Position numbers and translations under genes: made by a program. The notes beneath the pieces are model-generated. The model ran no database searches. It saw only the letters and a list, made by a program, of their open reading frames with translations, and was not told where the DNA came from. A DNA stretch of 64,000 bases from a virus (Duplodnaviria > Heunggongvirae > Uroviricota > Caudoviricetes). Position 1 is the first letter of the stretch; each line of letters begins with the position of its first letter. Positions 38,853 through 47,197 of the stretch are shown one piece after another. Location: IMG/VR virus record IMGVR_UViG_3300042901_002340. One strand, written 5' to 3'.

Positions 38853-39188
38853 TTAGAAATCTGTTATATTGTTTAATTCAGTCATACTGATGAAATTTGG
38901 TGGATCTAATTTATCTGATAGTTTTGCATATGTGGTATATGTTGGATATCCTGTATGCCCACACCCTCCTACAAAATCTTCCTCTTCAATAAGAATATAA
39001 AATGCCCATAGACCCAAATCTCTAACGTTGGTATGTTTATGCATAAAATCAAAGTCCTCGTAGTCCGATGGATGAAGTTTATATTCTATTGGCATACATA
39101 TATTATCTATACCATTACAACCTCCACAACAGCTGCTGATGTACCATCTGTTATCCCTTCTTACTGCGAGTCCTCTCTTTTCTAACAT
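38853..39188 (-). CDS. Hypothetical Cys-rich protein
   Basis: 111 aa. SSCCGGCNGIDNICMP...GGCGH. Confidence 0.4.
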   Translation of the reverse strand: MLEKRGLAVRRDNRWYISSCCGGCNGIDNICMPIEYKLHPSDYEDFDFMHKHTNVRDLGLWAFYILIEEEDFVGGCGHTGYPTYTTYAKLSDKLDPPNFISMTELNNITDF

Positions 39189-39454
39189 CGGTACAATGTC
39201 CCGTCTTCACCCCTTCCAGGAAATCCGTTATGCTCACCCGGGAATCCATGTGTCACCTCAAATCCATGTTGTTCTCCCAATTCCTCGAGGGTGGGATTCG
39301 GTTTCTTTGGCTCTTCTGCTTCGTGCTCAAAAAGATCATTTAGCTTTTTCTTAACAGTTTTCGTTTGATCGACTGTTAAATTGTCTCCCGTTGCAGATAG
39401 AAATCCATCTAACCACATTACAAATCCTTGTAGCTTATTCATCGTCCTCGTCAA
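39182..39454 (-). CDS. Hypothetical small protein
   Basis: 90-aa ORF. Confidence 0.4.
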   Translation of the reverse strand: MTRTMNKLQGFVMWLDGFLSATGDNLTVDQTKTVKKKLNDLFEHEAEEPKKPNPTLEELGEQHGFEVTHGFPGEHNGFPGRGEDGTLYRC

Positions 39455-39641
39455 TAAAGATTATACCTTCGCGGTCAATTAATATCTCGTCTGCAATCTC
39501 AGCAAGATACTCTGGTGCTTCGATGAGAGAGTCATCATCCTGCATTATCATTTCCCCAATTCCGTGTTTTTCGAAGTATTCTGTCAATTTTTGGATTGCA
39601 GCTTCTTTCTTTTCTGGTGTCCAGATCACTTTAATAATCAT
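39435..39641 (-). CDS. Hypothetical small acidic protein
   Basis: 68-aa ORF. Confidence 0.4.
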   Translation of the reverse strand: MIIKVIWTPEKKEAAIQKLTEYFEKHGIGEMIMQDDDSLIEAPEYLAEIADEILIDREGIIFIDEDDE

Positions 39642-39653
39642 AATTTATATCAT

Positions 39654-39887
39654 TTAGCATTTTACAATTATGTCTCGTTGTCTCTTTGGCGGTTTTGTAC
39701 CACCATCGTGGATAGCTTGCATTTCTGCTTGTACCACTGGATCCTCCGAATATGACGGATCTATATCGTGGTAGAAAACCAATTTTAAATGGTTTCTGAT
39801 TATCTCCACCTGCCTTGGGGTTAACTGTTCAGATTCTGATAACTCAAAGAAGCCTTGAATCCAAAAACAAAATTCCGTTGCTTTCAT
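39654..39887 (-). CDS. Hypothetical small protein
   Basis: 77-aa ORF. Confidence 0.4.
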   Translation of the reverse strand: MKATEFCFWIQGFFELSESEQLTPRQVEIIRNHLKLVFYHDIDPSYSEDPVVQAEMQAIHDGGTKPPKRQRDIIVKC

Positions 39888-40252
39888 TATTTTAAAAATT
39901 TAGGTTCATGATGTGTAATCTTTATATTTGGTTTGGTCCTGGTTTGTTCCGGCTGATAATCAGGTAGATACTCGCCAAACTCTCGGATCATGTTGAATTT
40001 AGCTATTGGAGCTATTTTTTGATCCAGAAAATCCTCCGAATCAACACCACAGGAAAGTATATTGAAGGCGGTTGCTGTGGAAATTGATTTGTTAACTTTG
40101 CTAACTTTTTCCCATCCACCCCATTGTGTTAGAGATCTTTGTGCATTATAGAACATTTCTCTCAGCTCCTGATTTGTTACACCTTCAGCTAATTGTTTTG
40201 CATAGGATCTTCTCATCCTATTTTTCTCTAGTCTTATACCAATCACCAGCAT
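39887..40252 (-). CDS. Hypothetical protein
   Basis: 121-aa ORF. Confidence 0.45.
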   Translation of the reverse strand: MLVIGIRLEKNRMRRSYAKQLAEGVTNQELREMFYNAQRSLTQWGGWEKVSKVNKSISTATAFNILSCGVDSEDFLDQKIAPIAKFNMIREFGEYLPDYQPEQTRTKPNIKITHHEPKFLK

Positions 40253-40580
40253 GCCAAACTATGAAGCCCATTATGCTATCCTCTTTCACATATTCCCCCT
40301 CAGGATCAACCAATATCCTATTCCCCTGCTGACTCATATAAACCTCGTATGTTCCTAGAGCATTGTGTCTAAGCTGAACTCTTTTTCTTTTGCTCAATTC
40401 GGTTAATATAAGTTTGGCTTTTGCTATATTAAAAAATCCTATGCTTTCTCCTGGTTCATCGCTTCCTGTTAGAAATTCCCATTTATAGAACTCTTCGGAT
40501 TTCTTTAGCTCCAATTCTAAGGTTGCTATTTCTTCTTCTGCTGTTGCTATTTCTTCCCTGATTTCTTTTGGATCCCTCAT
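40218..40580 (-). CDS. Hypothetical protein
   Basis: 120-aa ORF with an N-terminal coiled-coil EEIATAEEEIATLELELKK. Confidence 0.45.
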   Translation of the reverse strand: MRDPKEIREEIATAEEEIATLELELKKSEEFYKWEFLTGSDEPGESIGFFNIAKAKLILTELSKRKRVQLRHNALGTYEVYMSQQGNRILVDPEGEYVKEDSIMGFIVWHAGDWYKTREK

Positions 40581-40792
40581 TACTCTTTTTCTTTTATTAG
40601 TACATAAACCTCCTCAACCAATGCTTCCCTTGACCCCCATTTTAATGTCTCCTTTGATTTCAGGATTGAATTAATTATGTCCTGTTCCGATGGTGCAGTG
40701 TCTTGCATATCGACATGGGTTCCGTAGTGATCACTGAAATTATAAGCATTTACACTTATTTTATATCGCTTGACTAATCTATTCCCTTCCAT
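40580..40792 (-). CDS. Hypothetical small protein
   Basis: 70-aa ORF. Confidence 0.4.
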   Translation of the reverse strand: MEGNRLVKRYKISVNAYNFSDHYGTHVDMQDTAPSEQDIINSILKSKETLKWGSREALVEEVYVLIKEKE

Positions 40793-41354
40793 ATTCTCCA
40801 GGTTTTATTCTACCGGATGCAATATCTGCATCTATTAAATCGAAAGCACAATCCAAAAATATCATAAGTCCTTCTCGGAACGACCCTGGGTGGATAAGGA
40901 TACCTTTGATGATTTTATCGTTGACAACGAGACGATCTCCTCTCCCTCTCTCGACGGAGTATTCTGGGAGCTTGTATTTTCTGCGAAGAATTTCCATCGC
41001 TTCCCAGTAAACAGAACATTTCTTAACGAGTTCGTTATATTCTTCATTGTCGGAATAAACCATTTGACCCGTTTCGTTAACGATGTACCAACCCATCCCA
41101 TAGGCGTGTCCTCTGTCGCCAAACATATGGTGTGACTCGTGACTCGTAATGGTGCTAAACATACTTCCCTCATGCTGTGTAACAGTCTCTCCCCAGTGAT
41201 TTTCATATTGTTTCTTGATTTTTCCAGGAGCTTTTGGCGTAACAGATTCTAACGAATCTGCTATTGTCTTTCCGCTCACATTTCTAACTATTGGAAATTC
41301 GAATGCCATAAATGGCTCCGTTTCTGGATTTCCCTTTGGGTCTTCTGTCTTCAT
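40779..41354 (-). CDS. Hypothetical protein
   Basis: 191-aa ORF. The nested ORF 40862..41206 in another frame is rejected. Confidence 0.5.
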   Translation of the reverse strand: MKTEDPKGNPETEPFMAFEFPIVRNVSGKTIADSLESVTPKAPGKIKKQYENHWGETVTQHEGSMFSTITSHESHHMFGDRGHAYGMGWYIVNETGQMVYSDNEEYNELVKKCSVYWEAMEILRRKYKLPEYSVERGRGDRLVVNDKIIKGILIHPGSFREGLMIFLDCAFDLIDADIASGRIKPGEYGRE

Positions 41355-41356
41355 AA

Positions 41357-42139
41357 TTATCCGCTCCAGTGTAAATAATATTGTTCTCTTTTATCCTTAC
41401 TTAGAACATACTCGATTGTGGATTTAACTATCTCCAAAGCTTCGATGTACCAAGTGTTATCACTTTCAGTTACAACATACACACATGGTGACTTTCTAAG
41501 TACATGTGTGTATCCAGGTATGAGAGCAACAATTTTTTGTGGCTCTGCTATGCTAAATTCACCCTCAGAGCAGGAGTAATTGTATTCGTGTTTCTCCCTA
41601 TTTAATTTCTCTTTGAGTATTGCCATTGCATCCTGCTCCGAATTAACATCTGGATCACGGAATATGTTTGGTCCAACCGCTTTAATTCTGTAGGCTGGTT
41701 CAACCTTGAGTTTCTCTATTGCTGAATTGACCCTCTCCAAAGACTCCTCCCAATTTGGTTGGATATAATAGTCCTCATTTTCCACTGAGAATATTTCGCT
41801 AAGCGTTGGAACCCCCATATTTCCTAATATTCTCTCGATGCCACTATCGTTATAGGAGCTTCTAAAATAACCAATCTTGAAGTAGTGATCCGGATAGCAC
41901 GGATGTGGTTCCTCTATTGATTCAACGTTGGCTTCATCAGAACCCCAGGTATTAAGTCCAAGTCTTTGTGCATTTGCATTAACCTGTGATCTGCGGGATT
42001 CTTTTTCTTCATCCGACATATCGTCATATTTCACCTCACCTTCTTCCCAGATTTTGTTTGATAATTTCTCATACTCTTCCTCTGATTGTCTGGTTGCTTT
42101 GAAATCATCGTACCTTTTCAAATAAATGTCTAATCCCAT
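41357..42139 (-). CDS. Hypothetical protein
   Basis: 260-aa ORF. Confidence 0.5.
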   Translation of the reverse strand: MGLDIYLKRYDDFKATRQSEEEYEKLSNKIWEEGEVKYDDMSDEEKESRRSQVNANAQRLGLNTWGSDEANVESIEEPHPCYPDHYFKIGYFRSSYNDSGIERILGNMGVPTLSEIFSVENEDYYIQPNWEESLERVNSAIEKLKVEPAYRIKAVGPNIFRDPDVNSEQDAMAILKEKLNREKHEYNYSCSEGEFSIAEPQKIVALIPGYTHVLRKSPCVYVVTESDNTWYIEALEIVKSTIEYVLSKDKREQYYLHWSG

Positions 42140-42141
42140 AA

Positions 42142-42471
42142 CTATTCTTTATCTATGTTATTAATTATATCACTAATTCCGTCACTCTCTGACATGCCTT
42201 CTAATTTCTTGGCTAATTCTACGAATGCTGTATATCCAATATCCTGCATCTCCATGATGAGATCAACAACTCTAACGTCGACGTTTAATTCCTCTGCACA
42301 TTTTATTGCAGTTTTCTCCTCGAGTTTAACCCCAGATTCAACAAGATCCATTGCCATGTCGAATCCCTTTTCTGTTATGAGTGTTCCTCCTTCCAGAAAA
42401 CCACCCTCTCTTAGTTTGTTACACCAGTAAACAAACAGGAGTGCCTGTTCTTTAAGCTCCTCGAAGTTCAT
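42142..42471 (-). CDS. Hypothetical small acidic protein
   Basis: 109-aa ORF. Confidence 0.45.
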   Translation of the reverse strand: MNFEELKEQALLFVYWCNKLREGGFLEGGTLITEKGFDMAMDLVESGVKLEEKTAIKCAEELNVDVRVVDLIMEMQDIGYTAFVELAKKLEGMSESDGISDIINNIDKE

Positions 42472-42931
42472 TTTTCACAAGTGTTAATGCTTGACCTAAT
42501 AAATTAAGACCTAACCAATATGACGGATCCTCAACTCCTTGTGCATCCTCGTCCATACCAATTCCCCACACATTATCAAGAGGTGAAGCTTCAACAAAAA
42601 ATGCATTCCCTGTTGATAGCATTTCTTCCTTTAAGCCTGGATTCTGTGAAAATTTGGCTAGATTTCCTTCATATACAATAGCTAAGCAATTCCTTTCCCA
42701 AATTGATTTGTCAAAGTTCTTAACCATCCTTCCGAATTTCTTTTGTTCCCTTGGATTTTTTTCCTGCATGATTAATTCTGCAGTTTCTTCATCGCCAAAT
42801 AACAATGCCTTCTGGTGCATCATGTATTGCTCGCATGAATTATATTCTATTTTACCAATGGTCATATTTGCTTTATGCCATTGCGAGTAAATTCCATTCC
42901 AGAAAAACACGTATTTATTTGTTGTTTTCAT
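42452..42931 (-). CDS. NADAR domain protein (YbiA-like, DUF1768; ADP-ribose / NAD-associated N-glycosidase family)
   Basis: FFW....S.W, EQ.MM..KA, KFSQNP.L...LL.TG...VEAS..D..WGIG and LG..L..VR match the NADAR family pattern as I recall it. Confidence 0.65.
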   Translation of the reverse strand: MKTTNKYVFFWNGIYSQWHKANMTIGKIEYNSCEQYMMHQKALLFGDEETAELIMQEKNPREQKKFGRMVKNFDKSIWERNCLAIVYEGNLAKFSQNPGLKEEMLSTGNAFFVEASPLDNVWGIGMDEDAQGVEDPSYWLGLNLLGQALTLVKNELRGA

Positions 42932-43088
42932 ATCTTAAATATAGTTTAGTATAATATTCATCGGGATTTGTTAAATCCTCGAATGTTGCTGTTTCTATTT
43001 TAACTTTTTTTGTGTCCAATTTTAAGGACTCGCACTTTTTGATAATCGAGCTCAATTTAGAATCCTTGATTTCTATTCTTGGCATATG

Positions 43089-43787
43089 TTATATTTTAAG
43101 TTCGTACCTTTTATAAATTCTCCCACCGCCCTCCTTTGGATAGTATGATACATTTAATTCAGTAAATAGATATTTAACCCCCGATTTATCATTAAAAATT
43201 TCGAGTTTCCTCGCTGCTTCAAGTTTATATGGGGTTAAGTCCTTTAGTTCAACCCCGTTTCTGAATATGGATTCCTGACTTTCAATGGAATAACAAAACG
43301 AGATGCTGATATGTGGTGAATTGAGTGCATAGAGATTAACAAAAAGTCTCAGATCAGTATGTAAACAGATTGGGAACTCGTTGGTAACAATTCTAGCAGA
43401 AACTTTGTCTAGAAAATTCTCTATCTCCTCCTTTGTTCCTCTCTTTTGTTTGGCTATGTTCAATTTTTTGAATTCCTCGGACACCACCTTTTTCTCTGTT
43501 TTAAATTCTGACAAATAGTTTTCGTCCGGATCTTCAAGATCACATTCTATTCCCCTCTTCTTGAGTCTATCTATAATGTAAGCAGCATTCTTTGGTGCTA
43601 GAATCATACTAAATAAATAGTTTATTGCACCATCAAATGAATAAAAAGTCATCCCTGGGGAGATGTGATAAGACTCCTCAAGTTTGGCTATCGAAATTTT
43701 CGAGTACCAATCTTTAAGATCAGTTTTATATGGGAATCTTATTGATCCTCCAGCATCTAATATTTCCTCTATGGATTCCTTTCTCAT
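43089..43787 (-). CDS. Hypothetical protein
   Basis: 232-aa ORF. Confidence 0.5.
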   Translation of the reverse strand: MRKESIEEILDAGGSIRFPYKTDLKDWYSKISIAKLEESYHISPGMTFYSFDGAINYLFSMILAPKNAAYIIDRLKKRGIECDLEDPDENYLSEFKTEKKVVSEEFKKLNIAKQKRGTKEEIENFLDKVSARIVTNEFPICLHTDLRLFVNLYALNSPHISISFCYSIESQESIFRNGVELKDLTPYKLEAARKLEIFNDKSGVKYLFTELNVSYYPKEGGGRIYKRYELKI

Positions 43788-43792
43788 GCCTA

Positions 43793-44041
43793 TTATGATG
43801 TAAATTCTAACCAGGTGCCTTCTCGCTGATCGGATTTCATTTCAACTTTTTTCCATCCAGCCTTGATGTACCTGCCTCTTATTATTTCAAGATGTAAATA
43901 ACTCATACCTTCTGGAACCTTAAGAGTTAAAGTTCCCCCTGACCTAAGTTTAGAATTTGATAGATGAAGATCTATCTTTTTTTCAAATCCATCGGCTTCC
44001 TTTTGGAGATTTTCGTCCAATAATTGTGGTGAAACTGCCAT
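43793..44041 (-). CDS. Hypothetical small protein
   Basis: 82-aa ORF. Confidence 0.4.
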   Translation of the reverse strand: MAVSPQLLDENLQKEADGFEKKIDLHLSNSKLRSGGTLTLKVPEGMSYLHLEIIRGRYIKAGWKKVEMKSDQREGTWLEFTS

Positions 44042-44042
44042 A

Positions 44043-45116
44043 TTATACGTATTTATGTGTTTGGTCGTTAATCATAGCAATTGTGCCGGTGGTCAATTGC
44101 TTCAACGTCTCTTTAAAAACTTGTATTGCAGCCGCTACGTCATCTTTATGCACCATCTCTACTGTAGTATGCATATACTTCAACGGACTAGCTACGATCA
44201 CTGTAGGGACGTTTTCAAGGAAGAATGAAACTGTGTCATTTCCATAAGATCCAACAGATAGTTGCAACGGAATTTCTTTTTTCTTAGCAACATCTCTAAC
44301 GATATTGATTAGATCCTTGTGGTTTTGAGACGAGTACTCGATAACCGGACCTGCACCTCCTTTAACATCACCAGATTTGGCTTTGTTCATCTTAGGAGAG
44401 TTTGTGTTATGGGTAACGTCGTGAACCAATGCGATGTCTGGTTTAATTGTTTGAGCAATCAATCTTGCTCCAAATAACCCAACTTCCTCCTGGACAGCAT
44501 TAACTATGTAAAGATCGAATGGTAACACTGTTCCTTCCTCTTTAAGTTCTCTTGCAACTTCAGCAATGATGTAACCACCGATCTTATTGTCTAGTGATCT
44601 ACCCACGTAATATTTGCCCATCTCGAAGAATGGCTGGTCAAACGTGATACAATTTCCAACCTCGACCCCAAGTTTTGCAACCTTCTTTGCTGTGTCAACT
44701 CCAAGATCAACCCAAAGTTCATGAACTTCCGGTCCCATCTCAACTCTTTTTTCTCTAACGTGAATAGCAGGCCATCCAAAAACTCCAGGTACTTTTTTAC
44801 CGTCATGTGTGTGAACAAAAACAGTCATTGATGGAGCAATCATATTGTCTGATCCACCGTTTGTTTTCACTCTAATCATTCCGTTTTCCTCTATCTGCGA
44901 AATTACAAATGCTATCTCGTCGCAGTGGGCTTCCAAAATTACTTTCTTGGTTCCTGTCCCTTTGATTAAACCATATGCTGTTCCGTATGCATCAACTTTC
45001 ATTTCACTAACGAATGGTTTAACATAATCGATCCATATTTTCTGTCCTTCAAATTCTCTTCCAACCGGTGAGAAAGCGTCTAAATACCCTTTTAAAAACT
45101 TTTTATTATCGCTCAT
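44043..45116 (-). CDS. M42 family metallo-aminopeptidase (FrvX / glutamyl aminopeptidase-like)
   Basis: ILEAHCDEIAFVIS matches the M42 AHmDEiG motif. Overall length and layout fit the M42/M20 clan. Confidence 0.65.
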   Translation of the reverse strand: MSDNKKFLKGYLDAFSPVGREFEGQKIWIDYVKPFVSEMKVDAYGTAYGLIKGTGTKKVILEAHCDEIAFVISQIEENGMIRVKTNGGSDNMIAPSMTVFVHTHDGKKVPGVFGWPAIHVREKRVEMGPEVHELWVDLGVDTAKKVAKLGVEVGNCITFDQPFFEMGKYYVGRSLDNKIGGYIIAEVARELKEEGTVLPFDLYIVNAVQEEVGLFGARLIAQTIKPDIALVHDVTHNTNSPKMNKAKSGDVKGGAGPVIEYSSQNHKDLINIVRDVAKKKEIPLQLSVGSYGNDTVSFFLENVPTVIVASPLKYMHTTVEMVHKDDVAAAIQVFKETLKQLTTGTIAMINDQTHKYV

Positions 45117-45140
45117 TTTTATTGATTTTCATTATTATAT

Positions 45141-45174
45141 TGCAAATATATGGCATTATTTCGAGATATTAAAA
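45141..45174 (-). promoter_or_regulatory. Conserved promoter element (tgcaaatatatg ... ttcgagatattaaaat)
   Basis: Lies 25 nt upstream of the start of 44043..45116. Confidence 0.5.
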
Positions 45175-45212
45175 TATTTTTTGATATATATGCATATACA
45201 AAAAATCAAAAT

Positions 45213-45362
45213 ATGAAAAAATTAATAACTGTAAGGATAGACGCAGCGACATATGATCAATACAGAAAGGTGTTGGAAGAAAATGGAATGGATATGAGCA
45301 AAAGAATACGTAATTTTATAGATTCAGAAATAAAAGATCTTGGTGATGGAAAAAATTGTTAA
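45213..45362 (+). CDS. Ribbon-helix-helix (CopG/Arc-like) small DNA-binding protein
   Basis: MKKLITVRIDAATYDQYRKVLEENGMDMSKRIRNFI has the beta-strand then two helices pattern. The ORF-track N-terminal extension is rejected. Confidence 0.45.
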   Translation: MKKLITVRIDAATYDQYRKVLEENGMDMSKRIRNFIDSEIKDLGDGKNC

Positions 45363-46122
45363 ATCATACATATACTCACTCATAGATCCGGTTACTGAGG
45401 AAATAAGATACATAGGAAAAACAGTAAATCCATCACAAAGATTATCTGCTCATATAAAAAGCGGATATAAAAAAGGTAGTCATAAGGAATGCTGGATATA
45501 TGGACTATTAGAGAAAAATCTAAAACCAAAAATGAACATAATTGAGGAATGTTTGGATGATAGCTGGATAGAAAGGGAAAAATATTATATAAGAACGTTA
45601 CCAAATCTAACTAACCATACGGAAGGCGGTGATTCACCTTCCGGTCATAAGATGTCGGAAGAGACTAGAAAAAAAATGTCGGAGAGCAGAAGAGGAGAAC
45701 AAAACTCATTCTTTGGTAAATCACATTCCAATGAATCCAGAAAATTGATCTCGAAATCTATCAAGGAAATTCCAAAGAATGAGGGCTACGGATTTACTGG
45801 TAAAAATCACAAGGAATCATCCAGAGAGATAATATCTAAAAGAGCAAAGGAAAGAGCAAATAGAGGTGAATTACCTAAGCTGCCAATTATGTCAGGTAAG
45901 GATAATCCTGCATCGAAGGAGAGAATTTTCATATCCCCGTCAGGTGAAATATTCATTGTTTATAATTTAAGAAAATTTTGTAAAGAAAACAGCTTATCTC
46001 ACAATATAATATTTAGAAATATAAACAATGGACCTATAGAAAAACCAACGGATAAAAAAACTCTCGATAGACAAAGAACCAAGAGTCTAAATACCATAGG
46101 ATGGGAAGTGATACAGAAATAG
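45346..46122 (+). CDS. GIY-YIG homing endonuclease with NUMOD3-like repeats
   Basis: KSYIYSLIDPVTEEIRYIGKT is the GIY-YIG motif. Repeated H.EETRKKMSESRRG / HSNESRKLISKS / HKESSREIISKRAKE are NUMOD3-like DNA-binding motifs. The track start is TTG at 45340, so I use the ATG at 45346. Confidence 0.75.
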   Translation: MEKIVKSYIYSLIDPVTEEIRYIGKTVNPSQRLSAHIKSGYKKGSHKECWIYGLLEKNLKPKMNIIEECLDDSWIEREKYYIRTLPNLTNHTEGGDSPSGHKMSEETRKKMSESRRGEQNSFFGKSHSNESRKLISKSIKEIPKNEGYGFTGKNHKESSREIISKRAKERANRGELPKLPIMSGKDNPASKERIFISPSGEIFIVYNLRKFCKENSLSHNIIFRNINNGPIEKPTDKKTLDRQRTKSLNTIGWEVIQK

Positions 46123-46704
46123 TTATTTTTTTAGATGTACTATTGTTACCTTACAATCTTTTAGCTCCTCCTTTATTAGGGATTTAACCGTTTTCTCATC
46201 ACCTCCGGCCAATCCACACCCGATAAGGGGGAGTCCGACGTGTCTACCTTTGAATTGGTGGTTTATTTTTCTCATACAGAGTCTAAGTGCATCATAATCA
46301 AGGGGCCTAGCAGTTCCGCCCTCATGATTTAATCCAAACCCATATTGGGTGTAGCTATTAACAACTGCAAGATCAAATTTGCCATTTTCTCCGGTGTATG
46401 TATTAACCTTCCAATCTATCTGACCAAGCTTGTTATAGTCACCCCTATGCTGTTGACCTTCCATTGGAAATTTGTCACACCCAAATGCCCCAGCCATTTG
46501 TGGTGCTATTCCAGCTCCCATGGTACAGAAACAGTTACATCCATGGGTGATCACTTGGAATTTTCCCTGTTGTGCCATGGTTATTAGATTGCCAACTACC
46601 TCCCGATATGCTGGGTGGATTGGCTGACTAATAAGGGATTCTGGCAAACATGACCTGTCACACTCGCCGTTGCAATACATACAACCTCCTATTAGTGTTC
46701 TCAT
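46123..46704 (-). CDS. Macro domain protein (ADP-ribose binding or hydrolysing) with an N-terminal Cys cluster
   Basis: QVITHGCNCFCTMGAGIAPQ matches the macro VNaaN..l.gGgGva / Macro_2 pattern. LPLIGCGLAGGD is the distal macro motif. N-terminus has CMYCNGECDRSC. Confidence 0.55.
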   Translation of the reverse strand: MRTLIGGCMYCNGECDRSCLPESLISQPIHPAYREVVGNLITMAQQGKFQVITHGCNCFCTMGAGIAPQMAGAFGCDKFPMEGQQHRGDYNKLGQIDWKVNTYTGENGKFDLAVVNSYTQYGFGLNHEGGTARPLDYDALRLCMRKINHQFKGRHVGLPLIGCGLAGGDEKTVKSLIKEELKDCKVTIVHLKK

Positions 46705-47009
46705 TATTTAAGGTCTTCCGATTTAGTTGTTCCATCTCTATTGATGTGAACCACAATGTTATCCATGGTTTCTCTTACCCCTTCCTCGTGTCCTTTTTTT
46801 CTAGAATTCGCACTTATTAATGCAACCCCAATTGACAATAGAACCCAACCCACTGCGTTTAGTGGAGCATTCATTTTGAACGAGAAGGGAGAGAATGTGA
46901 TTTCAGTATCGCCAATAAACAGGAATCCTGCTATTACAAAAAGACCCAATAGTATAATTTCTAACATACTTTTCATTTTATTTGATTTTATAAACGTATA
47001 ACGTGTCAA
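46704..47009 (-). CDS. Small membrane protein
   Basis: 101 aa with two TM helices. Confidence 0.4.
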   Translation of the reverse strand: MTRYTFIKSNKMKSMLEIILLGLFVIAGFLFIGDTEITFSPFSFKMNAPLNAVGWVLLSIGVALISANSRKKGHEEGVRETMDNIVVHINRDGTTKSEDLK

Positions 47010-47196
47010 TTTTTTTACCGTCCGTTGTTAATTTGATAGCTGGTTCAATTTTTGTTTTAGATTCTATAAATTCAGAATTACCCCAAATTGTATTACCTAA
47101 AAAAACACCTAAAGCCCCTGCGACAAAAAATACAAAGATGATTATGGTTACGACAAATTTAAAAATTTCGCCGAAAACTTCTTCAGAATTAAACAT
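46978..47196 (-). CDS. Small membrane protein
   Basis: 72 aa with one TM helix. Confidence 0.4.
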   Translation of the reverse strand: MFNSEEVFGEIFKFVVTIIIFVFFVAGALGVFLGNTIWGNSEFIESKTKIEPAIKLTTDGKKIDTLYVYKIK

Positions 47197-47197
47197 A

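Noticed and set aside
40862-41206. ORF 40862..41206 (minus), nested in another frame inside 40779..41354, and ORF 44591..44818 inside the M42 peptidase gene
   Set aside because: They are nested alternative-frame ORFs inside longer, better-supported ORFs.
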